A stretch of DNA of 63,620 nucleotides, counting the filler, from Octopus bimaculoides (taxonomy: Eukaryota): NCBI RefSeq assembly GCF_001194135.2. It is 7 parts of 6 records of this genome, joined end to end, with 100 filler letters (N's around TTAATTAATTAA, not from the genome) between each part and the next. Parts side by side here need not be neighbours in the genome. Positions count along the whole stretch, not along the records: positions 20,802 to 44,826 come from NC_068991.1; 6 more parts are not named here. The stretch is one strand, 5' to 3'. Each line of letters opens with the position of its first letter. The stretch's first letter is position 1. Below the pieces are notes generated by a model, which saw only the letters and a program-made list of their open reading frames with translations, searched no databases and was not told the origin of the DNA. This document shows positions 23,450 through 36,490 of the stretch, in pieces. A program made the position numbers and the translations under genes.

Positions 23450-26400
23450 ACTATGAGATTGGACAATATTTTTGGTATTATTTCACTACTATACATTTCA
23501 CTTGCTAATAAGAATTAGAAAATTTTACATGTAGGAGAAACATGTAAGATATCGCCTATTAGAAATTCTTCAGATGGAGAATTTCTCTGAAGAATTCCAA
23601 AAGGACACATAAGACTGTTTTTGAAATTACAAATGTGTTTATTATTCTAAGCAATCTTTCAATTTACTTATCACACAGGAGGCATTACCATGAATGTCAA
23701 TTCTGTTTGGATCAATTAGTATCTCAGAGAATTATATTTTTGTATGAATATTGGCTCTCTTCTCTGGGACAAATGTAATACACATGGCTTGCATTATTGA
23801 CATGAATTCTTTAAGTTTTATATCAATGTCTTGCATAGAGAGACTTTTAAGCCAATTTTGTTGAAGTATCTGATTTTTCAATTGATTTCCAGTCAGCCTT
23901 GTAGAAGTGTGGACTGGATAGGGTTTGGGTGTCATCTGTGTGGAATACATCTTTAACACACTGGTGTCGCAATTTGTCACTCATGAGTTTTCTCCCTTGT
24001 AGCAGCAGATACATTGTGTTACCTTGAGAGGGGTGCTTAAAATAAACACTTCGCAAGGTTTATTTCTGGTATTTTAAGCTGGAAATGGCCTATTTTCAAT
24101 TCAGAACAAGGCTCAATTTCTGTTTACCAACACCATTTTCATTGTTATTCATTCACCACAAGGTATACAAGCTTTTAAATTGATTGTAGTTTTTAGGATT
24201 TTTTTTCTGGATGAATGGCCTCTTCTGCATTTAATGAAGCTATTCTGGGAGAAATTGTTTTTGATTCACACTCATATGATGGTTTTGAAGGATTCACTAA
24301 GGCAGATATCAATGATGAAGTGGTTGCAGGTGATGATGAGGATGATGGTAGTGTTTATAATGACAATGAGAATGATGTACCAAGTGGATACTACCATCCA
24401 TGGCTGGCTGATTTTAAAAAACATATTGGCTCAGCTCCAAGGAGGTACCTGATGGCATTTCGGAGGCAACTTTTTTGTCTATCCCTTAATGACAAAATTA
24501 TTACTTTGTCAATAAAACAAATACATATGCTAGTTAGGTGAAGGAAAAGAGAGGGAAAAATACTGGTGCCCACACGTGCAGCAACAAATGGAAAGGCACC
24601 GCCTTCAAAGAAATGAAAGCATTTGTAGCAATTTCACTTCTGTGATTGGGTTTACTAAACACTCATCATTTGATTTATACTGGTCCACAGATGACTTTAT
24701 TGAGATACCTGGCTTGGCACATCATGGCAAGAGACAGATTTCTGAGAAGCCTGTTCTTTTTCCAACTTCTGGGCAACTCCAAAATGAAACCAAGGAACCA
24801 CCTTGAGCATGATAAGGTACGTAAGATCTGACTGATTTTTAAAAAGCTTGTGCCACTTTAGCAGAAATACTTTTATCCTGGAAAAGGACTTCCAGTGGAT
24901 GTAAGTATGATTCCTTTCAAAGGAAGAACAGGCCTACTAATCTACATGCCAGCAAAACCAACCAAGTGGGGTCTGAAAGCCTGGAGGCTGGCTGATGCAA
25001 TAACCGGGTACATCTACAAGTGGCAGGCACCAAAAGCAGTTGTGTTGCACATAAAATGGTTTCCTCCCTCTCAGAGAATGTGTAAAATAAGGGATATCTC
25101 ATTTACAACTTTTTTTCATCACTAGCCCAACACAGAACAGGAACATGTAGCACATTACATGTAATCCACCAAGGTGTGCTTGAAGAAATCAATACAACAA
25201 CACCTCGAGCAGGCAAGTTCCCCATCACACATAGAGATGGACACATTTTGTACATTTCCAGGTATAACAAAAGGACAGTGAATCTTCTGATGACTACCCA
25301 CTCTACCAAGATCTTCAGAAAAGAAGTTTATTCAAAGCATCATGAAGATCATAGCAGGACTGTGTACAAACTGTGTGCTGTGCAGTCCTACTTTCAACAC
25401 ATGGGGCAGATAGACGGAGTGGGCAAGCAAATGATGTATTACATAATGCTGCACAGCTGTATAAAGTGATGGAAGAAAGTTTAATTTTACCTTTTCGAAA
25501 TATGCTTCTGCAATGCTCTTGTCTAGAAAGCCAAGTCAGCTTGCCAGGTTAGTGTTAGAAAGTTTAGGCTGAGAAATGTGCATTCTCTACTGGAAGGCTG
25601 CCAAGTCAGGTGTGTCTCATAGAAGAGGCAAACAATCAGAAGCCCCTACCTCAGAAAAGCTGGTAATAAAGGAACACCACCATATTATTAACCTCAAGTG
25701 TCTGAAACCTGACTGGCCTTCTAGTCCAGATTGTGCTATTTTTTTCAAACTGAGAGAAGCACCACCAGACTCAGTTCATGTGCAGAAAATGTGATGTGGT
25801 ACTCTGCCCATACCCCTTCTTCCAGAGGTAAAACACTCTGATAGATTACAAGGTAGACTGTACCCCAGAACTCCATAGACAGTGATCAAGATATGATAAA
25901 AGTATGTCAACACATTTGTTTTTTGTTTTTTTCATTGACAAAACATACTTGTAGAATATAATGCATTTCATCAAAATGTTATTCAGCCATTCCTTTATTC
26001 ATATACAAAAAAAATAAAGTTTGTAAATACAATACAAAGAAAATTATAACAATTTTGAAGCAGTAGGTATTCATGTTTTTTTTTTTGCTCCCTCAAAAAA
26101 AAAATTAAAAAAAAAAAGCAATGGAAGGGGAAACAATTCTAGCGGCAAATCATTGTGCTAAAGATTAATAAGTTTTGGACCATACATTTTCAGTTCTGTT
26201 ATGATGTGGTCTGAGAAAATTGTTGGTGATATCTTCTCATTATGGATAAGTTCCACATTGTTGGTGAAGCAGAGGTCTAAGATGTTATTGTTTCTAGTTG
26301 GAGAGAGAATGGTTTACTTCATGAACATCATTTTCATGAGATCAACCAGAGATTCTGCTTGATTGCTTTGTGTATGTCATTCCTGAGATTATGTCACCTT

Positions 26401-26620
26401 TGACCATCTGATGTTCAGGAAGTTGAAGTCACTCATCAGAAGTACATTAATGCATTGATCTAGTATTTCTCTTATATATAAAGCTTTCCTTAACTTTACC
26501 ATCATGATTTGAGGCAATGGGTGGGTGATATAATGTGCTTATTACCACATCAAATGCACTATGTGTGCGTCACAGACCAGGTTCAAATGTGACAATAGGG
26601 TTAGTGGTGTGACATCCTCA
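23450..26620 (-). mobile_element. CR1-like LINE remnant (endonuclease to linker), interrupted by piggyBac
   Basis: SDFNFLNIRW and FSDHIITEL right of the insertion; FYKADWKSI and DIDIKLKEFMSIMQAMC left of it; same family as 30950-33740. Confidence 0.8.
23957..26164 (+). mobile_element. piggyBac transposon remnant (PGBD4-like transposase pseudogene)
   Basis: TTAA at 23953-56 and 26165-68; acidic N-terminus; VDVSMIPFKGR..YMPAKPTKWGLKAWRLAD core; multiple stops and frameshifts. Confidence 0.88.
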
Positions 26621-26629
26621 CAGATGTAC

Positions 26630-27090
26630 AACACCAGGCCATAACAGAGGAATTTAATACTGGAAGCCCCTTGCCCTTATGGCAGAATCTGTAACAGGGC
26701 TAGAAGAAAAATTCCAGGTGTGGAAACAGAACCTGGAACCAAGGGGTCTTAAAGTTAACTTAGCAAAAACCAAAGTAAGCAAGAAATTGGACAGGACCCT
26801 TTACCCTTCTGGTAAATGGCCCTGTTCAATATGTAGGGAAGTGTAGGTAGAAATTCTATTCACTGTAGCCAGTGCAAGCTATGGATACACAAGAGGTGCA
26901 GATACACAGGAAACTGATTTCAGTGGATCTTGGGAAGTTGTAGTTAGTTTCTGCTACTTAGGGGACCTAATTAGCAGTGGAGGAAGTTGTACAGAAAATG
27001 TAATTGCTACAATAAGAATAGGATGGAGAAAGCTCTCTCTTTTCTCTCTCTCTTTCTTTCTCTATCTCTCTTTTTCTCTCTCTCTCTCTT

Positions 27091-27163
<73 letters not shown>

Positions 27164-27800
27164 GAAAGGAAAATTGTATGTTGCATGTATGCAAACTGCA
27201 ATGCTTCATGTTAGTGAGACATAGGCCCTGGATTCAGAGGGCAGACAAAAACTAGAAGAACAAAGCTGGTATACTCTGCTGGATGTGCAATGTGCAGTGT
27301 ACATGTGTGACAGAGCACTAGTGTCTTGAAAGAAAAGTTGGGCATAAGAGGAATTATATGCAGTGTGCTAGTTTGGTCATGTGATGCAGCTGGATGAGGA
27401 CAGTTGCATAAAGTGCTGATCACTTGAAGTTGAGGGAAGTTATAGAAGAGGGAGACCCAGGAAGACATGGGGCAAAGCACTGAGGGCTGTTCTCAAAAAG
27501 CTGAGTCTTATGAAGGAGATGACAAAGGACTGAGATATGTGGCACATTGTTGTACTCAAGACGACCCACCCACTACAACAGAATTGTTATCCTGAAACCA
27601 AGGTGTAATAAAAAGCATTGGTGTGGGTTCAGTGCCATGTAAAAAACACCCAGTTCACTATGAAGTGGTTGGAGTCAGGAAGGGCATCCAGCTGTAGAAA
27701 CAAGCCAAAACAGACAATGGAACCTGGTGAAGCTCCTGGTCTTACCAGTTGCTGTCAAGCTGTCCAACCCATATCAGTATAGAAAATGGACATATGATGA

Positions 27801-27805
<5 letters not shown>
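26630..27805 (+). mobile_element. 5'-truncated old RTE LINE with 3' UTR and (GAT)n tail
   Basis: WKQNLE.KGLKVNLAKTK-like segment, GRPRKTW, and 3' UTR ggaagggcatccagctgtagaaac. Confidence 0.8.
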
Positions 27806-27831
<26 letters not shown>

Positions 27832-27837
<6 letters not shown>

Positions 27838-28555
27838 GCAATGGGTAAGTCATCACCAGTTTATATTTTTAATTTTGCACATGTGCATTGTTTTTGATTT
27901 TGTTGACTACACAGTATAGTAGGGTCGCTTGCTGTCTGTAACAAAAACAGCACCATGATGCAATTCACTCTGTCAGAAATTTGGAAATGGTATGCTGTAC
28001 TGTTTGGCATTCATGCTGGAAGTTCCAATATGAACATTTCATAGTATTTGGGTGTCAATCTGAGGACAGTGCATTTACTATGAGTGATAAAAATCAAACA
28101 TCCAGTCAACATCATGGTGTTTGGCGTGATCACTAGTGATAACGACGTTATGCCTCCATTCATCTTCCCACATGACCTCAGACTCAACACAGAGGCCTAC
28201 ATCAAGTACCTGGAGGAGGTAGTGCTGTCCTGGGTGAAGAGAGTGGCTGCTGGAAGACCCTATGTTTGACAACAGGACTCTGCACCATGCCACACAAGCA
28301 GGAGAACCCAATCATGGCTGTCAGACAATTTCTACAACCACATCACTCCTAACATCTGTCCACCTAACACACCAGACTGCAACCATCTTCATTATTATAT
28401 GTGGGGCACAGTTGAGTGAGAGACCAACAAAACTCCTTGTAACACCAAAGATGAACTGAAGGTAAGGATTATGGCAGCATTCATCAACTTAAACAAGGAG
28501 ACCGTGGTTGAAACCAATGGTGATTTTATTGAATAAATTTACTCTTTTGTATTTC
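27832..28555 (+). mobile_element. maT/DD37D-type Tc1-mariner remnant, internally deleted
   Basis: KHPVNIMVFGVITSD..QQDSAPCHTSRRTQSW..PPNTPDCNHLHY; 37 residues separate the second D from the third catalytic position, which is mutated to H. Confidence 0.85.
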
Positions 28556-28559
28556 AACT

Positions 28560-30890
28560 ACAGAGGTATCAAACTAGTAAACCAGGTCATGAAAGTTATG
28601 AAAGGGTTATAGCTCAATTGATTAGGAATAGAATTTAACTAGATGAGATGCAGTTTTAGTTTTGTACCTGGGAGGAGTACCACAGATGCCATCTTCCTAT
28701 TGAGACAGCTGCAGGAAAAGTATTTGGCCAAAAATAAGCCATTGTACTTAGCTTTCATCAACCTGGAGAAAGCTTTTGACTGAGTCCCCAACTTTGTTAT
28801 GTGGTGATCTCTAAGGAAGTTAGGAGCAGAGGAGTAGCTTGTTAGAGCTATACAAACCATGTACAGTGGTGCTGTTAGTAAGGTGAGAGTCAGCCACAAA
28901 TACAGTGATGAATTTATTGTACAAGTTGAGGTTCAGTTCTCAGCTCACTCTTATTCATATCATCCTCCAGGCCATAAAGAGGAATTCTAAACTGGATACC
29001 TATGGGAATTACTTTATACTGATGACCTTGTTCTTATTATAGAATCTGAAACAGTTGGAAAAGAAATTCCAGCTATGGAAGCAAAACCTGGAATCAAAGG
29101 GCCTTAAAGTTAACCTAGCAAAGACCAAAATTGTTCGCAAAAAAGAAGACAAGACTCTCCGTCAGGTAAGTGGCCCTGCTCAATATGTAGGAAAGGAGTT
29201 GGAAGTAATTCCATTTGCTGCACCCAGTGTAAGCTTTGAACACATAAGAGGTGCAGTAGAATCACAAATAGATTAATGGGTATAGTTGTCTTTGTATAAG
29301 GTAGATGTGTAGGAACAATAAGCACCAAGAGCACATGGGACTTAGCCTCTCTCAAATGCCCAGGAGATTCTCTTGAGGTTGTAGATAGTTTCTGTTACAT
29401 AGGTGACCAAATTAGTAATGGATCAAATTAGCAATGGTGGAGGATGCTCTGAAAATATTGTTTCTAGAATAAGAGTAGGATGGAGGAAGTTCAGAGATTT
29501 GCCAACCTCTATTGGCAACAAAATGACTTTCTCTCAAGGGTAGATTGTATGGTGCTTGTGTATGAATAGCTATACTCCATGGTAGTGAAACATGGGCTCT
29601 GAATGCAGAAAACATGCATAGACTGTAGAGAAATGAAGGCAGTATGCTTCATTGGATGTGCAACATCAGTGCATGTACAACAAAATGCAAATGTGTTGAG
29701 AGAAAAGCTGGGCATAAGTGAAATCAAATGCAGCATGCAAAAGAACAGACTATGTTGGTTTGGACATCTGGTGCATATGAATGAAGACAGCTGCATAAAT
29801 AAGTACCGATCACTGAAAGTGGATGGTACCTGTGGAAGAGGGAGACCCAAAAAGACATGGGATAAAGTGGTAAGGACCGATCTCAGGTTGTTGGATCTCA
29901 CAGGGGAAATGACAATGGACTGAACTGTCTGACGACATGAGGTTCTTGAGAAGACCCACCCATGTCAGTAAAACTGAGTTCTAGAAGTGCTGTGGGTTTC
30001 ACAAGTGCTTGTGTTCCACCCATATGTAACAAGAAAACTTTTCTCACAACCTGCCCCAACAGACCAAACTGCATCTCTTCTCTTCCTCACATCTCTTCTT
30101 TCACACAGTATGCTTACCTCTCATTCCCCAATCTTGTCCTCATAGCCCTGTTCACTGTATCATTGCTATCCGGTAGACATACACCCAGGTTTTCCCCACT
30201 CACCGCATTCCCCTCCCCCACTCTCTATTCATTCTTTCTTGGCAATGTCCTGCCACTTATATTATTAGCTCCATACCTCAAGGTTATGCCCTGGCACTTG
30301 CCACCATCTCTCTCTTCTTTACTCATATTCTGATTTCTGTCACTTGTGAGTATGCCCAGCACTCTGCCACCATCCCTCTCCTGCTCTCATGCTGTCTCCC
30401 ACTCTCTCCTTCTCCTGTTCTTTCCTCAGGCTGAGTAACACGTATCTCCTTTACAGCGACAATCTTGTTTCTGTCCTCATTCCTGATCAGTTTCTGCCTC
30501 TCTGTCTCACTATAACCTTACATCATCTGACGCAAGACCACCTCCTCCAATACTCCCTCCCCTCTCAAAGGATCTTTGTCTTGCAAGTTACTTAGTGACC
30601 CTGCCAGTTCTGATGTCACGTAAAAAGCATCCAGTCCACACTGTAAAGTGGTTGGCTTTTGGAAGGGCATCCAGCTATAAAAGCCTTGCCAAAGCTGACC
30701 TTGCCTGTGCTTGTGCCATGCAAAAAGTACTCAGTCCAGTCTGCTGGGTGGTTGGCTTTAGGAAGGGCATCCGACCATAAAACCCCTGCCAAAACAAACA
30801 CAGAAGTCTGGTGCAAGCTCCTACCTAACCAGCTCCTGTCAAACCATCTCACCCATGCCAGCATGGACGGCAGATGTTCAATGATGAATA
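28560..30890 (+). mobile_element. Old RTE LINE, RT to 3' UTR
   Basis: QFSFVPGRSTTDAIFLLRQLQEKYLAK, WELLYTDDL, GRGRPKKTW, long pyrimidine-rich 3' UTR. Confidence 0.85.
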
Positions 30891-30949
30891 TGATGTGTGT
30901 GTGTGTGTGTATTGCAAACTGACAGAAAAGATGGGAACCATGGTGGTGA

Positions 30950-33740
30950 TGCAATGTACATCTGTGAAGATCTCACACCTCAGGTCCTTTTGTCATACTC
31001 AAACTCAGTGTGTATCATGCTACGATATCATTATATATATATTATTTATTGCTCCAAATCACACAGGTATATTTGAAAGCTGCCTTACTAAAATAGAAGT
31101 TCTAATCAGTGTACTTCTCATTGTCTTCAACCTACCCAATGTACACTGGCCCAAGGGCTTTTTCCTCTCAAGAATGTTGTAGTGCAGACAAAAACAGGTG
31201 GAATCCCTGCTCAGCCTTACCAACACATTGTACATGGAGCATGTAGTACTCCAGCCACCCAGGGCAAACATTATACTTGATATCTGCTTCATAAACAATT
31301 TGGATTTCATCCATAATGTGAAAGTGACATTGATGCTAATCTCAGATGAGCTGACCATGTATAGACCAAAGGAATCCGCAGACATGCAGCGTATGGAAAG
31401 CACCCAAAATCAATCCAATCAGTAGTTCTATAAAGTAAACTGGGAACTGATTGAGATAAAGAGCTTCAAACAGGATTGGCTTCAGTGTCTCTCTGCACTG
31501 GATATTGACATAAAACTTAAAGAATTCATGTCCATAATGCAAGCCATGTGCTACAAGTTTGTCCAGGAGAAATTGGCCACTGTACATAAGAACAAAGTTT
31601 CCAAGAAGAGGTAATTTCTAATGAGATGGCATGCAAAGATTGCTAACTTTCTAAACAGAGAACTCAATCATCATCATCATCATCATCGTTTAACGTCCGC
31701 TTTCCATGCTAGCTTGGGTTGGACGATTTGACTGAGGACTGGTGAAACCAGATGGCAACACCAGGCTCCAGTCTAATTTGGCAGAGTTTCTACAGCTGGA
31801 TGCCCTTCCTAACGCCAACCACTCAGAGAGTGTAGTGGGTGCTTTTACGTGTCACCCGCACGAAAACGGCCACGCTCGAAATGGTGTCTTTTATGTGCCN
31901 NNNNNNNNNNNNNNNNNNNNNNNNNNNNNNNNNNNNNNNNNNNNNNNNNNNNNNNNNNNNNNNNNNNNNNNNNNNNNNNNNNNNNNNNNNNNNNNNNNNN
32001 NNNNNNNNNNNNNNNNNNNNNNNNNNNNNNNNNNNNNNNNNNNNNNNNNNNNNNNNNNNNNNNNNNNNNNNNNNNNNNNNNNNNNNNNNNNNNNNNAAGG
32101 TCTCGGTCAGTAGTCATCGCCTCGGTGAGGCCCAATGTACGAAGGTCTTGCCTCACCACCTCAGCCCAGGTCTTCCTGGGCCTACCTCTTCCACGGGTTC
32201 CCTCAACTGTTAGGGTGTGGCACTTTTTCACGCAGCTATCCTCATCCATTCTCACCACACGTCCATACCAGCGCAATCGTCTCTCTTGCACACCACAACT
32301 GATGCTTCTAATGTTCAGCTTTTCTCTCAAGATACTTACACTCTGACGGGTATTCACATTGACATTACACATCCAACGGAGCATACTGGCTTCATTGGCA
32401 GTAAAAAATCCCACCTAAAAACATTACTTTGAGAAAAATTTGAAATACTCCCATGAAAGAGAGAGAGAGCAGACAGAGAAGCCTGAGTTATAGAAAATAT
32501 AAAATCAGATCCTAAACAATTGCTTACATTGATATAAAAGATGTAATACTGGCCATAGATAAAAATAAACTTGAACTCAATTGCTGGCCCTCATGGTTTC
32601 CCAGCAATCCTTCTAAAATTGTGCAAGTGAGCCCTAGAAAAATTACTGCAGTCTTCCTTCCAGAGTTTCCTTGCAAGTAGCAAGCTTTCAGACAAGTTGA
32701 AGGAAGGAATAATATGGCCTATTCATAAAAGATGACGCAGAGCTGATTTAAAAAACTATAAGCGTATCTTAAACCTTGCAAAGTCATGGAAAGGTAGTCT
32801 AAAGGAAACTAATCACATGTTTTGAAGAAAATAACTTGCTGACTGACACACAGCATGGTTTCTAGTCAGGGAGAAGTTGCCTGACACAGCTCTTGCAACA
32901 CTATGACTGGATATTGAAACAGCAGCTTAACTATTCAGATGTGAATGTGATATATCTTGACTTTGTGAAGGCTTTCTATAAAGTCGATCATGGTATTATA
33001 TGTCACAAACTGTGTGACCTCTGCATAATTGGTAAACTAGGGGAGTGGCTACATGACTTTTTGAAAGATAGAATTCAATTAGTAGTATCAACAGGGTCAC
33101 CTACAGATAAATGCAAATAATGAGTGGTAGCCCACAGAGCTCTGTCTTGGTGCCACTACTATTTATAGTGGCCCTCATCAACACAGAGAGCCACGATCTC
33201 AGTCTATGCAGATAACACAAAAGTTTCACAGGTAATACAAAATCCTGAAGATGGCATGCATTTGCAACAGGAGTTAAATGTAATATACAAACAGGGCGAC
33301 GACAATAATATGCAGTTTAATGCTGAAAGGTTCCAAGCCCTACTCTATCAACAGACAAAATTAAAATACACTGAACCTTGAGCGATTGCAGTTCCAGAAT
33401 CACAGTGAGTGTGTGACCTTCTGTGTGGATATTACTTAGTTGGCAATGAAATGCAGGCAGCTAAGTGGTTGGATTCTTAGAACTTTCAGAACAAGAGAAC
33501 AAGAAACCACGATGGTCCCTCTGGAAGACATTTGTCCTACGCTATCTTGACATTGTTCCCAACTATACTCACCACACTGTGTGAAATTAATAGAACTCAA
33601 AGTAGTCCAGTGAAGCTATACGAAGAAGACAGCTTCAGTGCAACAAATTAGCTGCAAGATTCAAGAGGCTTAGACTTTACTTCCTGGAAGAAAGGTAGGA
33701 AAGATATATTGCCAATGTAAATCTGGAAGATCCTGTAAAG
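30950..33740 (+). mobile_element. CR1-like LINE remnant split by a younger RTE
   Basis: NIILDICF, DIDIKLKEFMSIMQAMC, then YLDFVKAFYKVDHG..LGEWLHDFLKDRIQ after the insertion. Confidence 0.82.
31668..32400 (-). mobile_element. Young 5'-truncated RTE LINE
   Basis: NEASMLRWMCN..LRWYGRVVRMDEDSCVK..GRGRPRKTW; 3' UTR and (GAT)n tail. Confidence 0.9.
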
Positions 33741-33747
33741 AATCAAC

Positions 33748-33980
33748 CTTTGATTGTTGGGCCTTACAGAGGCAAAGTGTTCTTTTTGAGTGTTGGGCCT
33801 CATGGAAGTGAGGTGGTGGAGTTCCTTTCGAGCAGACCTCACAGAGGCAAAGTGGCCGAGTTCCTTTCAAGTGTTGGGCCTCACTGAGGCAGTGCCCAAG
33901 GCCTTTGGCATTATGTTGTGCTTGAGAAGAAGACCCATCAACCCGAGCAAAATCCCAATTGTGGAAGATACTGGTGTGAC
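33748..33980 (+). repeat. Short imperfect tandem array derived from the RTE ORF end
   Basis: Three to four copies of a gttgggcctcac(a/t)gaggca-like unit, then gtgcttgagaagaagacc. Confidence 0.6.
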
Positions 33981-34644
33981 ACAAATATATATATATGCAC
34001 TCACACACACACATGCATATTACTATATCTCATATACATATCATCAGTGTTTATAGAAGTGTTTTTTTTAAACTGCAAAAACAATATGACCAGCCTCAAT
34101 AAATCAAAGTACAGCAGCTGGTCACTTATTGCTTATGAGCTATGTCATCAAAGTTGAACAGAGCTAAATACTTTGTCTTTTTCTTTCCCTTTCTTTTCTC
34201 TCTATTTTTATTCCTGTAATTTTCCTGATAAAATTATATTTCTTAGTATTACTTACTTTAAACGTTGAAGGTACTACATTTAGGTGAAACTGCCAAATTT
34301 TTCCTGCATGTTCTGTTTGTGGACAGTTCCAATGAAACACTTCTACAAACACTGTCTTTGCAGTGGATATGACTAGATAACTAGTTGCAGACATATTTTT
34401 AAACATGATGCAAGATTAGTAAACATGGAATTGTGGGAACAATTGCATGAACATCGTGAACTTGTATCTTCGATGATTATTATTTATGCTCTAAGGTGAT
34501 AAAGTAATTTGTGGGTTTTCTGTTTATTGGAGTAGTAGTTTCATAAGGGGATTTCCCCCTTCCAATTTTCAGATAGCTGCTATCTGTGGAAGTTCTTCCC
34601 AAAGTAAATGCCTGGATTATATTATCCTAACAATTGACCTGCTA

Positions 34645-35800
34645 TCATCATCATCACCATCATCGTTTAACGTCTGCTTTCCATGCTAGCATGGGTTGGA
34701 CGATTTGACTGAGGACTGGTGAAACCGGATGGCAACACCAGGCTCCAATCTGATTTGGCAGAGTTTCTACAGCTGGATGCCCTTCTTAACGCCAACCACT
34801 CAGAGAGTGTAGTGGGTGCTTTTACGTGTCACCCGCACGAAGGCCAGTCAGGCGGTACTGGCAACGGCCACGCTCAAAATGGTGTATTTTATGTGCCACC
34901 CGCACAAGAGCCAGTCCTGGGACACTGGCAACGATCTCGCTCGAAAATCCTTACACATGTCACGGGCACAAGTGCCAGAAAGGCGACGCTGGACACAGGT
35001 GCCAGTTGTCNNNNNNNNNNNNNNNNNNNNNNNNNNNNNNNNNNNNNNNNNNNNNNNNNNNNNNNNNNNNNNNNNNNNNNNNNNNNNNNNNNNNNNNNNN
35101 NNNNNNNNNNNNNNNNNNNNNNNNNNNNNNNNNNNNNNNNNNNNNNNNNNNNNNNNNNNNNNNNNNNNNNNNNNNNNNNNNNNNNNNNNNNNNNNNNNNN
35201 NNNNNNNNNNNNNNNNNNNNNNNNNNNNNNNNNNNNNNNNNNNNNNNNNNNNNNNNNNNNNNNNNNNNNNNNNNNNNNNNNNNNNNNNNNNNNNNNNNNN
35301 NNNNNNNNNNNNNNNNNNNNNNNNNNNNNNNNNNNNNNNNNNNNNNNNNNNNNNNNNNNNNNNNCCACATGTCCATACCAGCGCAATCGTCTCTCTTGCA
35401 CACCACAACTGATGCTTATGTTCAGCTTTTCTCTCAAGATACTTAAACTCTGTCGGGTATGCACACTGACATTACACATCCAACGGAGCATACTGGCTTC
35501 ATTCCTTGCGAGCGTTTGCATGTCCTCAGCTATCACAGCCCATGTTTCACTGCGATGTAGCATGGCTGTTCGTACACATGCGTCATACAGTCTGCCTTTT
35601 ACTCTGAGTGAGAGTCCCTTTGTCGCCAGCAGAGGTAAGAGCTCTCTGAACTTTGCCCAGGCTATTCTTATTCTAGCAGCTACACTTTCAGTGCACCCAC
35701 CCCCACTACTAACTTGGTCACCCAGATAGCGGAAGCTATCAACTACCTCTAGTTTTTCTCCCTGGAATGAGATAGAAGTTGTTTCCTGTTTGTTTACAGT
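34645..35800 (-). mobile_element. Young 5'-truncated RTE LINE
   Basis: MLHRSETWAV..ARNEASMLRWMCN..LRWYGHV; same 3' UTR and (GAT)n tail. Confidence 0.9.
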
Positions 35801-35999
35801 GTTTATTGCACCTGAACATCTGCCACATACAAAAACTAACTTCCTAGTTAACCTGAAAAGGGGCTAGGAGTCCATATAAATAAAAAAATTATAGTTAAAG
35901 AAGTAAATAAAGTTGGAAAATCACAAAACTATATTTTAGAGAATGTTTAATATTCTTGTTATAGGGAGTGATTTGAGATGTAACCAATCTCAATGTATC

Positions 36000-36490
36000 C
36001 ATCTTATCGAATATTAGAAAGAATTCTTTAGGAAGTCAAAGAGAAAAAGCTTGTGGGTTAATATTTTGTACCCATGTTTTAATGCTTAGTCTATGAGAGC
36101 TGAATCCTCCATCCACGCATATGGCCTTCCAACAGCAACCTTCTCCAGCCAGGGCTTGAGCACAGACAACAGCAGCTTCAAATAGCTGTCTGTATTAAGC
36201 CTAAAGCCCTGTTCAAAGATGTGGGGCAACATAACATCATTTTTATTGGAGACACAGCAAAAGACCATCACAGTTTAGAGGAACATGATTTTCATGATGT
36301 CCAAGCTATGTCTTAGAACCTTTATAGTATTGATAGAGCATTGAGCAGCAGTCTTGATGCTGGTGTTTTGATACCCAGTGTGAGTCACCATCATACAGGT
36401 AACACTTTTCCAATATCAAGATGGTTTCTAGTCTTCTGTGTCAGCTAACTTTTTCTCAACTGCAATTTTAATTTCAATGCTCTCCAACAC
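36000..36490 (-). mobile_element. Second maT-type remnant
   Basis: DVMLPHIFEQGFRLNTDSYLKLL..PWLEKVAVGRPYAWMEDSA parallels 28084-28290. Confidence 0.75.
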
